DNA of 64,000 nucleotides from Deltaproteobacteria bacterium (GTDB taxonomy: Bacteria; Myxococcota_C; UBA6777): the NCBI GenBank assembly GCA_002731275.1, contig PCBK01000189.1, positions 61,888 to 125,887 on the forward strand, in the 5' to 3' direction. Positions 27,541-37,750 of this stretch are shown one piece after another. Below the pieces are notes generated by a model. It was not told the origin of the DNA and did not search any database. It saw nothing but the letters and a program-made list of their open reading frames with translations. Every line of letters begins with the position of its first letter. Position 1 is the first letter of the stretch. A program made the position numbers and the translations under genes.

Positions 27541-28938
27541 TCAATGTTCAGTGTTGCCACTCCACTCATCAAATTTTTTCAGCCTGTGCCGAAACGATCG
27601 ATACGAGACTTTCAACAGTCTAGCCGCTTCTTTCTTTACATCGTTGGCCTCCTCAAGTGCAAGCGCCAAGAGTTTGCGCTCGACCTCATCGAGATAGGCT
27701 TCAAGTCCTTCCTCTGGCAAACAGAGCGAGGCGTTCTGGAGGGCCTTGTGACGTGTTTGTCGTTTGGCAACGATAGAGGGTAGACTCGCGGGAGACAAGA
27801 CCTCACTTCCTTCGAGCAGGACCGACTGCTCCATAATATTTTTCAGCTCACGAATGTTGCCTGGATAGGGGTAATCAAGCAATAACTCCATGGTCTCTTG
27901 TTTGATCATCTGCACATTTCGGTGGTGTTCTTTTCGAAAGTGTTCTAAAAAATGCTGCGCGAGTAAAGGAATATCCTCTTTTCGCTCGCGCAATGGAGGC
28001 ATCTCGATAGGAAAGACATTGAGTCTGTAAAACAAATCCTCTCGAAATCGTTCGGCCTTCACCTCTTCTTCCAAGCGCTTGTTGGTCGCCGCGATGATCC
28101 GAACGTCAACCTCACGATCCTTCTCTGCCCCAAGTGGTCGAACTTTTCGTTCTTGCAGAACGCGTAACAACTTGACCTGCATGTGCAAAGGCATCTCACC
28201 GATCTCATCGAGGAAAAGTGTCCCTCCATCGGCCTGCTCAAAGAACCCTGGTTTTGCTCGCTCCGCCCCTGTGTACGCACCTTTTACGTGACCAAAGAAC
28301 TCCGTCTCCCACAAACTCTCGGCGATCGCGCCGCAGTTGATGGCGACAAAGTTCCCCTTACGTCGGTCACTGTTGAAGTGGAGAGCTCGCGTGACCAATT
28401 CTTTCCCCGTACCATTTTCTCCAAGTACGAGTACCGTTGCGTTGCTCTTCGCGACACTCTTGAGGCGATCAAAGACGACATTCATCGCAGGGCTACGACC
28501 GATCAAAGAGTCAAAGTCAAACTGGGATTGGAGAGTGTTCCGCAAACGAACGTTCTCGGAGAGCAACAAATGCTTCTCAATACACTTTTCCAAAATCGCT
28601 TCGAGTTCATTGAGTTGAAAAGGCTTTTGGACGTAATCATATGCCCCCAACTTCATCGCCTCGATTGCATTCTCAACACTTCCATGCGCTGTCAAAATCA
28701 CGACCTGCGTAAGCGTGGTCAAAGAACGCACATGCTTTAGCACGTCGATCCCTGTAATCCCTCCGGGCATTCGTAGATCAGAAAAAACAACATCATAATC
28801 GTTTTGGTTGAGCAGCTCGAGACCTTCTCGTCCGTTCGCCGCTGTATCGAGCTCATACCCACCTAGTCGCTCGATCCACACCTCAAATATCTGTCTTAAG
28901 CTCTCTTCATCTTCAACAAGCAAAATCTTGCGCAACAT
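27541..28938 (-). CDS. pilR: sigma54-dependent response regulator PilR
   Basis: REC (DLRMP), AAA+ (GENGTGKE, GAYTGA, LFLDEIGE, RFREDLFYRLNV) and C-terminal HTH; downstream of pilC-pilS. Confidence 0.9.
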   Translation of the reverse strand: MLRKILLVEDEESLRQIFEVWIERLGGYELDTAANGREGLELLNQNDYDVVFSDLRMPGGITGIDVLKHVRSLTTLTQVVILTAHGSVENAIEAMKLGAYDYVQKPFQLNELEAILEKCIEKHLLLSENVRLRNTLQSQFDFDSLIGRSPAMNVVFDRLKSVAKSNATVLVLGENGTGKELVTRALHFNSDRRKGNFVAINCGAIAESLWETEFFGHVKGAYTGAERAKPGFFEQADGGTLFLDEIGEMPLHMQVKLLRVLQERKVRPLGAEKDREVDVRIIAATNKRLEEEVKAERFREDLFYRLNVFPIEMPPLRERKEDIPLLAQHFLEHFRKEHHRNVQMIKQETMELLLDYPYPGNIRELKNIMEQSVLLEGSEVLSPASLPSIVAKRQTRHKALQNASLCLPEEGLEAYLDEVERKLLALALEEANDVKKEAARLLKVSYRSFRHRLKKFDEWSGNTEH

Positions 28939-29054
28939 GTCCTCACCTTATCAACAAACAACCTGTGAGAGCATACCACACACCCCCCCCAATGTACACG
29001 AATCAACGCAAGAAAACGAACCTCTCCTTGATGGACTTTTTCTAAGCAAGACCC

Positions 29055-30740
29055 TCACTCAACAAAGGGTTCTGCAGGAAAAAAGAGTCTCAACCCTCGG
29101 CGCTCAGACTCATCGTAAAATTCAATGTCTCCATCATGTTCGCTGACAATGCGCTGCACAATAGACAACCCAAGACCTGTCCCGCGCTCCTTGGTCGAGT
29201 AAAAAGGCTCAAAGATATGAGAACGTTCGCTCTCAGGGATACCAGGTCCTTCATCCAGAAGCAACAGACTCACACCATTGTAACATTGCTCCACTTCGAT
29301 CCAGATACGTCCCCCATCGGGCTGCATGGCTTGGCCTGCGTTGACGAGCAGATTCCATACGACTTGCTGAAATAACCCACCATCGACACTGACCTCACAA
29401 TGTTCCTCGATATCCTCGCAGATCGTGCAATTGCGAAAACGCTCATCCTGTTGAAAGAGTAAGCTCGACTCGAGTACGAGGCTTTTGAGCTTATACCTCG
29501 ACTTCTGCGCAGGTTTGGGTTTTGCGAAGCGCAAGAAATCACCGAGGAGACTGTCGAGACGCGCCGTCTCACGCCGCATGATTTCCATCAACTTGCGATC
29601 AGAGCGAGAGATATCGGAGCCGTCACCCAACAACTGAATTGAACCGGAGAGAGAGCTCAAGGGGTTTCTGATCTCGTGAGCCATCCTCGCAGCGATCTCA
29701 CCTAGCGACGCCATCTTTTCATTGCGCCTCGCGATCTCCTCGATCTTTTTGATCGGTGTTAAATCCTGGAAGAGCACGAGGTATCCGCTCTTTTCGCCTA
29801 AGTGATCGCGCAACATAGAGACTGAAAGTCCCAACAAGATCTCGGCCTGATCACTCTCTCGGAAAAAAGGCACCTCTACACGCGCAGAGGAACCGACCAA
29901 CTCGACAAGAGAGAGAGAGAGCCGAGGGAGCAGATCGTGGATATCTTTCCCCTTTACAGCAGGCCAAAGCCCACCACACAAATCATTTGCGTAAGGGTTG
30001 AGAAAAAGGATCTCGCCTTCGATGTTCGTAGTCATGAGTCCAGAGTTCAAACTCATCACGATATCTCTTTGGATCGCTTCCAAATTGTCGATATCGATCT
30101 GCTGCTTTTTGACGATCTTTTCGGTCGCCTGCAACTGTTCATCGAGACGCCCCGAGAGCAAGGCGACGATAAAGAAGGAGGAGCCATAGACAAGGAGCGT
30201 GTAAGCCACCTCAGATCCCTCGATCGTCTCAGGCGATCGGACAAATGCGAGCTTTTTGTACAGCTCGAAATAATTCCCCATCAACAAAAAGGCGAGCCCA
30301 AAGAGGCTATAGAGCGCAAAAAAGAACGCACCACCACTACGCAATACAACAGCAGCCGCGATGATGAGGAGCAGATAACAAAACAAGAAGACAGAATCCT
30401 GGCATCCTGTCGCGAGCATCAACAACGTCAACAGGACAAGATCGAGACATAGCTGTACAAGCGCAAAGACCTCGACCTTCTCGACTCGTGAAAACAGCCC
30501 ACCGTAGAGGATCGTCAGGAAGTAAATGGCTCCAACCAACCAAAAGACAAAATTCCCCGTAGGACGGGAATCTTCTCCAGCAACACTGCTCAATTGATAG
30601 ATCACAGTGCTACCCATGAGCAGTGTACTAAACAAAAGTCTAGCACCCATTAGCCCTAGCAGTCGGCGTTTGAGAGTCGGTCTGTATTCAGGTGCGGGAA
30701 AAATCGAGAGCAGGTGAGAAGAGGAAGCTTCAGAAGGCAC
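29055..30740 (-). CDS. pilS: Sensor histidine kinase PilS
   Basis: About 6 N-terminal TM helices, PAS, H-box AHEIRNPL and N/G/F boxes (NLLVNA, DEGPGI, GTGLGL). Confidence 0.9.
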   Translation of the reverse strand: MPSEASSSHLLSIFPAPEYRPTLKRRLLGLMGARLLFSTLLMGSTVIYQLSSVAGEDSRPTGNFVFWLVGAIYFLTILYGGLFSRVEKVEVFALVQLCLDLVLLTLLMLATGCQDSVFLFCYLLLIIAAAVVLRSGGAFFFALYSLFGLAFLLMGNYFELYKKLAFVRSPETIEGSEVAYTLLVYGSSFFIVALLSGRLDEQLQATEKIVKKQQIDIDNLEAIQRDIVMSLNSGLMTTNIEGEILFLNPYANDLCGGLWPAVKGKDIHDLLPRLSLSLVELVGSSARVEVPFFRESDQAEILLGLSVSMLRDHLGEKSGYLVLFQDLTPIKKIEEIARRNEKMASLGEIAARMAHEIRNPLSSLSGSIQLLGDGSDISRSDRKLMEIMRRETARLDSLLGDFLRFAKPKPAQKSRYKLKSLVLESSLLFQQDERFRNCTICEDIEEHCEVSVDGGLFQQVVWNLLVNAGQAMQPDGGRIWIEVEQCYNGVSLLLLDEGPGIPESERSHIFEPFYSTKERGTGLGLSIVQRIVSEHDGDIEFYDESERRGLRLFFPAEPFVE

Positions 30741-30771
30741 GAGGATATAGCCTTTGGGTTGGAGAAAGAGA

Positions 30772-31983
30772 TCAGGTCTTGACGTTACCAGCGAGCGAGA
30801 AGATTGGCATGTACATCGCGATCAACATACCACCGAGGACTGTCGCAACGACAACCAACATGAGTGGTTCGAGCATCGTCGTCATTGCGGAGACAGCATC
30901 ATCGACTTCATCTTCGTAAAATTCGGCAATTTTCGTGAGCATGACATCGAGCGCACCCGTCGCCTCACCGACACCGATCATCTGGACAACCATAGGCGGA
31001 AAGACCTTTGTCTCCATCAACGGCTCAGCGATGTTTCGACCTTCAGAGATCTTGTCTCGCACGTAGTAGATGGCCTTCTCAATCGTCTTGTTACCGGCGG
31101 AGCGAGCAACAATATCGAGAGCATCGAGCAATGGAACACCAGAAGACAACATCGTTCCGAGTGTTCGCGTAAACTTGGCAACAGCCGATTTTCGGATAAC
31201 AGGTCCAAAGATCGGTGCACGTAGCATCACCCGGTCAAAGATCTTACGCCCCCATGCCGACGCATAAAATTGCCGGAAGCCATAGATAACGAGGGCAATC
31301 CCTCCGAGGATGAAGAGGATATAGCTTTGGAAAAACTTACTTAAGTCGATGACAAACTGTGTGGGTGCAGGCAACTGCCCCCCCATGTTCTTGAACATCT
31401 TTTCGAAGGTTGGGATAACCCACACCAACATGACGATAACCGACGCGATCGTGACGCCCAAAATGATCAATGGATAGACCATCGCGCCCTTCACCTTTTT
31501 GATCACCTGCATGTTTTTTTCGATAAAGATCGCGAGGCGGTTGAGGATCGTATCCAAGACACCACCAATCTCACCTGCAGCCACGAGGTTGACAAACAAG
31601 TCATCAAATACCTTTGGGTGCTTTTTGAGAGAGTCCGCAAATGTCGCACCACCTTCAACGTCACTCTTGATTTGAAACAAAATACGTTTGAAGAATGGGT
31701 TCCCGTTTTGGCTTGCGAGAATGTCGAGACATTGGACGAGGGGCAAACCGGCATCGATCATCGTCGCAAACTGTCTCGTAAACAAGACCAACTCTTTGAT
31801 GGACACACCCGCAAAGAGCTCGGGCATTTTGATATCAATGCTGATCCCCTTTTTCTTAATCGCGGGACTGTTGATATTCATGTGGCGAAGGCGACTTTGG
31901 ACGTCTTGCTCACTCTTGGCCTCCATCTCGCCTTTTTTCAACTCGCCGGCTGTGTTACGCCCTTCCCAAACAAAAACTGGCAT
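30772..31983 (-). CDS. pilC: Type IV pilus inner-membrane platform protein PilC
   Basis: FTRQFATMIDAGLPLVQCL, AGEIGGVLD and GEATGALD; two T2SSF domains. Confidence 0.97.
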   Translation of the reverse strand: MPVFVWEGRNTAGELKKGEMEAKSEQDVQSRLRHMNINSPAIKKKGISIDIKMPELFAGVSIKELVLFTRQFATMIDAGLPLVQCLDILASQNGNPFFKRILFQIKSDVEGGATFADSLKKHPKVFDDLFVNLVAAGEIGGVLDTILNRLAIFIEKNMQVIKKVKGAMVYPLIILGVTIASVIVMLVWVIPTFEKMFKNMGGQLPAPTQFVIDLSKFFQSYILFILGGIALVIYGFRQFYASAWGRKIFDRVMLRAPIFGPVIRKSAVAKFTRTLGTMLSSGVPLLDALDIVARSAGNKTIEKAIYYVRDKISEGRNIAEPLMETKVFPPMVVQMIGVGEATGALDVMLTKIAEFYEDEVDDAVSAMTTMLEPLMLVVVATVLGGMLIAMYMPIFSLAGNVKT

Positions 31984-32077
31984 GCGACTCCTCCGTACAC
32001 GCTCGATACTGTCAACGAAAAAACTCTTGTGCGATTATACACAGTTCTACCCAAACTACAAAGAAGAAAAAACATAG

Positions 32078-32740
32078 TTATGCTGCATGTATGCGGACGC
32101 CCAAGTAAAGCGCGCCTGTCAACATACCGACAGAGAACACAAACCAGATGACTCCCCACAACAGCGAAGGTAAGCCTGTCATCTCCGCCATACGGGAAGC
32201 ATCTGATGAAGGGACGTTGCGACGGATCGTGTCATCATAGATGTCAAAGATCGCATACATCGAGCTCATCGTCCCGACAAAGCTGATCATGTACGGCAAC
32301 CCCACCCCATTCTTCAACCACCACAAAAGCACCAACAACACCATCGAACCAAGTGTCAAACCACGTGAGAGCCAATTCTTTGCCCACCAAAGCGCAAACA
32401 GCAATCCAATGATCAACAACACCGCTGCTATCTTAGAGAGCAAAAGACTTGTCCCCAGCAAAATCAGCCCAGCCCCCACAATCGAAGAGCCGAGGTATCC
32501 CGCAGGTAATACCAACCACATGCTCCCACCCGCGAGATGACAAACACCGCCCTCATCTGGATTGACCTCAATCCCCTTAACCTTCCCGCCTGTCGCGAGT
32601 CCAGCCAGTGCGTGCCCCATCTCGTGAATATACACGGTGATCAACTTAAACGGAAACAACACGGGTGTATGCCAAAGAAAGAAAATGATCACACCGTATC
32701 CAAGGATCAATCCCAACTGCATCAACTGTGAACCTGTCAT
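32078..32740 (-). CDS. M50B-family intramembrane metallopeptidase
   Basis: IHEMGHA, AGYLGSS and SDA motifs; highly hydrophobic. Confidence 0.85.
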   Translation of the reverse strand: MTGSQLMQLGLILGYGVIIFFLWHTPVLFPFKLITVYIHEMGHALAGLATGGKVKGIEVNPDEGGVCHLAGGSMWLVLPAGYLGSSIVGAGLILLGTSLLLSKIAAVLLIIGLLFALWWAKNWLSRGLTLGSMVLLVLLWWLKNGVGLPYMISFVGTMSSMYAIFDIYDDTIRRNVPSSDASRMAEMTGLPSLLWGVIWFVFSVGMLTGALYLGVRIHAA

Positions 32741-32779
32741 AAACTCTTCACCTCTCGTACGATTGACAACAATGGCTCT

Positions 32780-35005
32780 CTATTTCTTCACTTCGATTGT
32801 GATCTTCGCATTACGTCGGCCAGTGTCTGTAAATGTGTGCTTGCCAACCTTCGAAAAATCTCCGCTCCAACTCCCACATGTATCGTCGGAGTTGAGCGCG
32901 TCGTAATCCATCACTTCGAGCTTCGCGTTGCGCAGCGAGATGGGATCGAGCTTGGAGGAGGTCTTGTAATTAAATGTCACGGTGCCACCGCATTTGTTTC
33001 CTTGATCCGAGCTCTTGTAAGATGCCCCCGTCGAAATGGTCAATCGAACGTAGGGATCGGCCTTTCCAAACGGAGCATCGTCACAGTTATCACAACTGAA
33101 TTGGGTTGAAACGATCGTCAGTTGGCGGTAACAGAGACCATTTACGCACCCAAATTGACAACTTCCACAGCTCCCACCACATCCATCACCACCACACTCT
33201 TTGCCTGAGCAGACAGGTGTACAACACTTGCCGTTTGTACATTTTTGCCCATTCGCACATTGCTTCTCGACGGACCAATAGCGGCAAAGGCTCGAATCCT
33301 TGAGACACTCTTGATAGCCATTGTTTGTACACTTGGCTGCATTTTCAGCACACTCGTGCTTACACTCGCACTTGCCTGCGGCACTACACGTCGCACGTTT
33401 GGAACACGAACCACATGTCCCTCCACAACCATCAGGGCCACATTCTTTATCGTTACAAGCAGCTCCACAACAAGATCCGCCTTGGCATACATTTCCAGCC
33501 GGACACTGATTTGTTTTCAGAACACGACAACCATCAGCGTCGGGTTCACAACGCTCAAAACTCCCACTACCAATGCAAGAAGATTCACCAACCTTGCAGG
33601 CATGTTTGCATTCACATTTGCCCGCGCTCCCACACACAGTACGACCTGTACATGAGCCACACAGACCACCACATCCGTCATCTCCACACTCTTTTCCGGT
33701 GCAGTCTTTGACACACTCGCAGGTGTCATTCAGGCACTGCTTGTTGTCCTTACAACCACAATCCGCTGGACATGATGAACATGTCTCTTTGCGCGTCGCG
33801 TCGCACACACCATCTCCACAGTATGGCTTGCATTCTCCACCAGTACAGACGTGTGTGTTGGCGCATCCACAGTCCTTCTCGCAGGATGAGCACGTCTCGC
33901 CTGACGCTTTGTCACACACACCATCCCCACACTGCTGCTTGCATTGTCCAGAGCCACATGTCTCACCTGTTTTGCACTTGCAGTCAGACGAACAAGTCGA
34001 ACAATTCTCGCCTTTGGCCTCATCGCAAACGCCATTTCCACAATCGGCACCACACTGCCCCGCTTTACAAGCCTGTCCTTGGGGACAAGGGCAGTCTTTC
34101 GCACATGTGGAACAATCTTCACCAAAGGAAGACTCACAGCGGCCATTCCCACAAGGCAGCTCACAGCGGCCCTGCACACATTTTTGCTTGGATGAGCATG
34201 CACAATCTTTTTCACATGTGGAGCAATTTTCCCCTGACTTTTCATCGCACTTACCGTCTCCACAGGCCTCCACACATGCAGACGAAGACGTCGAACAGGC
34301 TTGACCACTCGGACATTGACAATCGAGAGGACAACTCACGCAGTTCTCGTTATCACCGGCTTCACACTTTCCATCACCGCAATTTGCAGCGTCTTTGCAC
34401 GTCCCACTGTCGCACATTTTGCCTTTGTCACAAGCGCAATCACCTGGACATGTCGAACACGTCTCTTTACCTGCGTCACATGTCCCATTTCCACATGTAT
34501 CAGCGGGCTCACACTTTCCGGCTTTACAGGTCTCTTCATCCTTACAACCACAGTCCGTTGGACATGTCAGGCAGTCTTCTTTGCCAGCCTCACAAGTCCC
34601 ATCCCCACAAGGGTCTTTGGGCTGACACTTATCATCAACACAACCGGCGCTTCCACAATCCTCGGCGACTTCGCCCTGGTAATCACAGCTGTCAAACCAG
34701 TACAAAATCTTCCCAACACATTGCTTCTTCGCTTTGGGTTCGCAGACGGTGTTGGCAGCACATTTGCCTCTCGTTGTATTGCACTTTTGCCCCGAAGCAC
34801 AATCTCGATCCGCACGGCAAGAGACAATACATGCCCCCTCGACAGTGTCGCAATGTTTACCGATCTCGCAATCTTCATCGGAGACGCACTTGCTCGTTGA
34901 AGGATCGCAACCCATCGCGGGAAGACAGATCAGACACACCAACATCCCCGCAAGACGAGTCCAACGAGAGAGAGACATCCAGTTACTTCTTGCCATCTTA
35001 TACAT
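32780..35005 (-). CDS. Cys-rich repeat lipoprotein with C-terminal C2-like domain
   Basis: Lipobox AMGC; 8 repeats of CG(D/N)GxC...(E)xCxxCxxDC; 3 repeats of CxxKECGxDGCGGxCGSC; C-terminal ADPYVRL...LEVMDYD...SDD. Confidence 0.85.
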   Translation of the reverse strand: MYKMARSNWMSLSRWTRLAGMLVCLICLPAMGCDPSTSKCVSDEDCEIGKHCDTVEGACIVSCRADRDCASGQKCNTTRGKCAANTVCEPKAKKQCVGKILYWFDSCDYQGEVAEDCGSAGCVDDKCQPKDPCGDGTCEAGKEDCLTCPTDCGCKDEETCKAGKCEPADTCGNGTCDAGKETCSTCPGDCACDKGKMCDSGTCKDAANCGDGKCEAGDNENCVSCPLDCQCPSGQACSTSSSACVEACGDGKCDEKSGENCSTCEKDCACSSKQKCVQGRCELPCGNGRCESSFGEDCSTCAKDCPCPQGQACKAGQCGADCGNGVCDEAKGENCSTCSSDCKCKTGETCGSGQCKQQCGDGVCDKASGETCSSCEKDCGCANTHVCTGGECKPYCGDGVCDATRKETCSSCPADCGCKDNKQCLNDTCECVKDCTGKECGDDGCGGLCGSCTGRTVCGSAGKCECKHACKVGESSCIGSGSFERCEPDADGCRVLKTNQCPAGNVCQGGSCCGAACNDKECGPDGCGGTCGSCSKRATCSAAGKCECKHECAENAAKCTNNGYQECLKDSSLCRYWSVEKQCANGQKCTNGKCCTPVCSGKECGGDGCGGSCGSCQFGCVNGLCYRQLTIVSTQFSCDNCDDAPFGKADPYVRLTISTGASYKSSDQGNKCGGTVTFNYKTSSKLDPISLRNAKLEVMDYDALNSDDTCGSWSGDFSKVGKHTFTDTGRRNAKITIEVKK

Positions 35006-35190
35006 TCACAACACTCCTGCGTTCAAACGGATACATATGTCAACATTGTATGCGACTTGGTGAATACACACAAGCAGACACAAGCAACACATAGGCAATG
35101 CATATATTCTTGACCATGCGTCGGCATATCTGATATCTATGAGACTCCGCTCAAGAAAAAAAATCCCCAAGACCACCAAAAACCAGAGGC

Positions 35191-37704
35191 ATGATCATGT
35201 TGGGAACACTCAAAAGGTACACACAATGGCTACACACAAGATGGCCCGCAGGTGAGGTAGAAAAGCTTCCAACAGTGAAAGAGGACGGCTCGACGAACGT
35301 GCCTGGCTTGTTCATCGTTGGAGATTTGACGGGAATTCCGCTGCTCAAGTTTTCGTCAGATACAGGCGCTCGTGTCGTTCAACAGCTACTGGCAGACCCC
35401 GAGTTTCACAGAGAACGTGAACAAAACAAACGCGATGATATCGCAGACCTCGTGATCATCGGTGGCGGTGTCTCTGGCATGGCAGCCGCCATTGAGGCAC
35501 AAAAATTCGATCTACGTTATCGTTTCTTCGAAGCATCCGCCCCCTTCTCCACCATCGCCAACTTCCCAAAGGGAAAGCCCATCTACACCTACCCCACGGA
35601 CATGACGCCACGTGGTGATCTACAATTTACGGCAGATATCAAAGAAGATTTACTCGCGGAGATGAAGGCCCAAACCCTCGACAAAGGGATCCAACCAGAG
35701 ATCGCACGCGCCGAACACATCCAACGCAAAGGCAAACAGCTCGAAGTCCACATGGCCAACGGAGACACAATCCTCGCGAGCAAAGTCATCGTCGCGATCG
35801 GTCGGTCCGGAAGCTTTCGAAAACTCGACGTGCCCGGCGAAGAGCGTGGAAAGGTCTCAAACAGGTTACACGATCCAAAAGAGTTTGAAGGCAAGCATGT
35901 CCTCATCGTCGGTGGAGGAGACAGCGCTCTTGAGGCCGCAATCGCCCTCGTCCAAGGCGGCGCACATGTGACCCTCTCCTACCGAAAGGAGAGCTTCTCG
36001 CGGCCAAAACCGGAGAACATCGAGAAGCTCCACCAGATCGCCGCAGACAACAAAGCAGAGGTCGCCATCGAGACACCTGTCTCGGAGAGAATGACGACAG
36101 CCTCAGGCGCCTTCATGGGCATCAACAACGCCGGAAGTTTGCAGCTCCAGCTCGGCAGTCAGGTCCAAAAGATAGAAGAGAAGACAGTCACACTTAAGAC
36201 ACAAGGTGGAGCTGCCCAAACATTCTCCAATGACGCAGTCTTTACGATGCTTGGACGTGAAGCTCCCCTCGATTTTTTCCGCCGCAGCGGCGTCCACATC
36301 ACAGGAGAACTCCGCCCTCTCGACTGGACGTTGTTGGCGCTCTTCTTTGGCTTCTGTATCTTCTTGTACAATTGGAAAGCCGGCGCGAGCCTCACACAAT
36401 ATTTCCAACAACAAAAATGGTTCCCCTTCCAAATGCCGACACTGCTCGGCAGTATTAGCACAGGCTTTGCGAGTATGGTCGCGGATAAATCGACCTTTTT
36501 GGGGACACTCGCCATCACCATCAAGAAACCCGGCTTTTACTACACCCTCGCGTATTGCTTTTGCGTCGTCTTCTTCGGCTTCAAACGAATCGCGAGACGA
36601 AAAACCCCTTATGTCCGCGCACAGACATACTCCCTCATGCTCTTTCAACTGATCCCACTCTTCCTGCTGCCCTATATCGTTCTCCCCTACATGGGCAACA
36701 GCGGCTGGTTCGATGCAGGAGTCGGTAAAAGTGTCGCAGATGCGTTGTTTCCCGTCGTCAACTACGGCCATGGGCGTGAATACTGGCGAGCTTTTGGCTT
36801 GATCCTCGCGTGGCCGTTGTTTGTCTGGAATGTCTTCACAGATCAGCCGATGTGGTGGTGGCTCGGCATTAGTATCGTACAGACCTTCGTGATCATTCCT
36901 GGGATGGTCTTTTTGTGGGGGAAAGGAGCCTATTGTGGCTGGGTCTGTTCGTGTGGTGCCCTCGCCGAAACACTTGGTGATGAGCACAGGCACAAGATGC
37001 CTCACGGCGCGATCTGGAACCGCGTGAATATGCTTGGGCAGGTGGTCTTGTGGGTCGCCTTTCTGCTCCTCGCGACGCGCATACTCAGCTGGACCATGCC
37101 CGGGACTTGGCTGGGTGGACAGCTCAAATCATTTTACGCAGGACTTCTACAAAACTGGAAGTTATGGGGCGTACAGCTCAACTACAAATGGATCGTCGAT
37201 GTGTTGCTCGCAGGGATCGTGGGGATCGGTCTTTACTTTTGGTACAGTGGGCGCGTTTGGTGTCGATTCGCTTGTCCCCTCGCCGCGTTGATGCACATCT
37301 ACGCTCGTTTCAGTCGCTTTCGCATCTTCGCGGAAAAGAAAAAATGTATATCTTGTAACGTCTGCACAACGGTCTGTCACCAAGGCATCGACATTATGAA
37401 CTTTGCCAACAAGGGACTCCCCATGGAAGATCCCGAGTGTGTCCGCTGTAGTGCATGTGTCCAATCTTGTCCAACAGGTGTGCTGCAATTTGGACAGCTC
37501 GATCTCAAAACAGGAAATATACTTGCGCTCGATACACTCGCAGCTTCGCCTGTCATAATGGCTGAGCGGACAGCCAACACACCCACAAAAAGACAAGCAC
37601 AACCACAAGATACAATCGTCGACCCTCCATCCATCGACAAGGAACAACAGACACTCATCGACGCAGAGGAGTTTCCATCAACGCAAACGGAAAATGACAC
37701 ATGA
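35191..37704 (+). CDS. FAD/NAD(P)-dependent oxidoreductase fused to a multipass membrane 4Fe-4S (NapH/FixG-like) domain
   Basis: IIGGGVSG (FAD), VGGGDSA (NAD(P)H), several TM helices, YCGWVCSCG, WCRFACP, CISCNVCTTVC and CVRCSACVQSCP. Confidence 0.85.
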   Translation: MIMLGTLKRYTQWLHTRWPAGEVEKLPTVKEDGSTNVPGLFIVGDLTGIPLLKFSSDTGARVVQQLLADPEFHREREQNKRDDIADLVIIGGGVSGMAAAIEAQKFDLRYRFFEASAPFSTIANFPKGKPIYTYPTDMTPRGDLQFTADIKEDLLAEMKAQTLDKGIQPEIARAEHIQRKGKQLEVHMANGDTILASKVIVAIGRSGSFRKLDVPGEERGKVSNRLHDPKEFEGKHVLIVGGGDSALEAAIALVQGGAHVTLSYRKESFSRPKPENIEKLHQIAADNKAEVAIETPVSERMTTASGAFMGINNAGSLQLQLGSQVQKIEEKTVTLKTQGGAAQTFSNDAVFTMLGREAPLDFFRRSGVHITGELRPLDWTLLALFFGFCIFLYNWKAGASLTQYFQQQKWFPFQMPTLLGSISTGFASMVADKSTFLGTLAITIKKPGFYYTLAYCFCVVFFGFKRIARRKTPYVRAQTYSLMLFQLIPLFLLPYIVLPYMGNSGWFDAGVGKSVADALFPVVNYGHGREYWRAFGLILAWPLFVWNVFTDQPMWWWLGISIVQTFVIIPGMVFLWGKGAYCGWVCSCGALAETLGDEHRHKMPHGAIWNRVNMLGQVVLWVAFLLLATRILSWTMPGTWLGGQLKSFYAGLLQNWKLWGVQLNYKWIVDVLLAGIVGIGLYFWYSGRVWCRFACPLAALMHIYARFSRFRIFAEKKKCISCNVCTTVCHQGIDIMNFANKGLPMEDPECVRCSACVQSCPTGVLQFGQLDLKTGNILALDTLAASPVIMAERTANTPTKRQAQPQDTIVDPPSIDKEQQTLIDAEEFPSTQTENDT

Positions 37705-37750
37705 CAAGAGGGGATCATCTTTGAGGATGTTTATAGTAGGGGAGAGGGTT

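Noticed and set aside
33573-35094. Long antisense ORFs (243 aa and 440 aa, His/Gln-rich) opposite the Cys-rich gene
   Set aside because: Shadows of the Cys/Gly-rich repeat codons of the real minus-strand gene.
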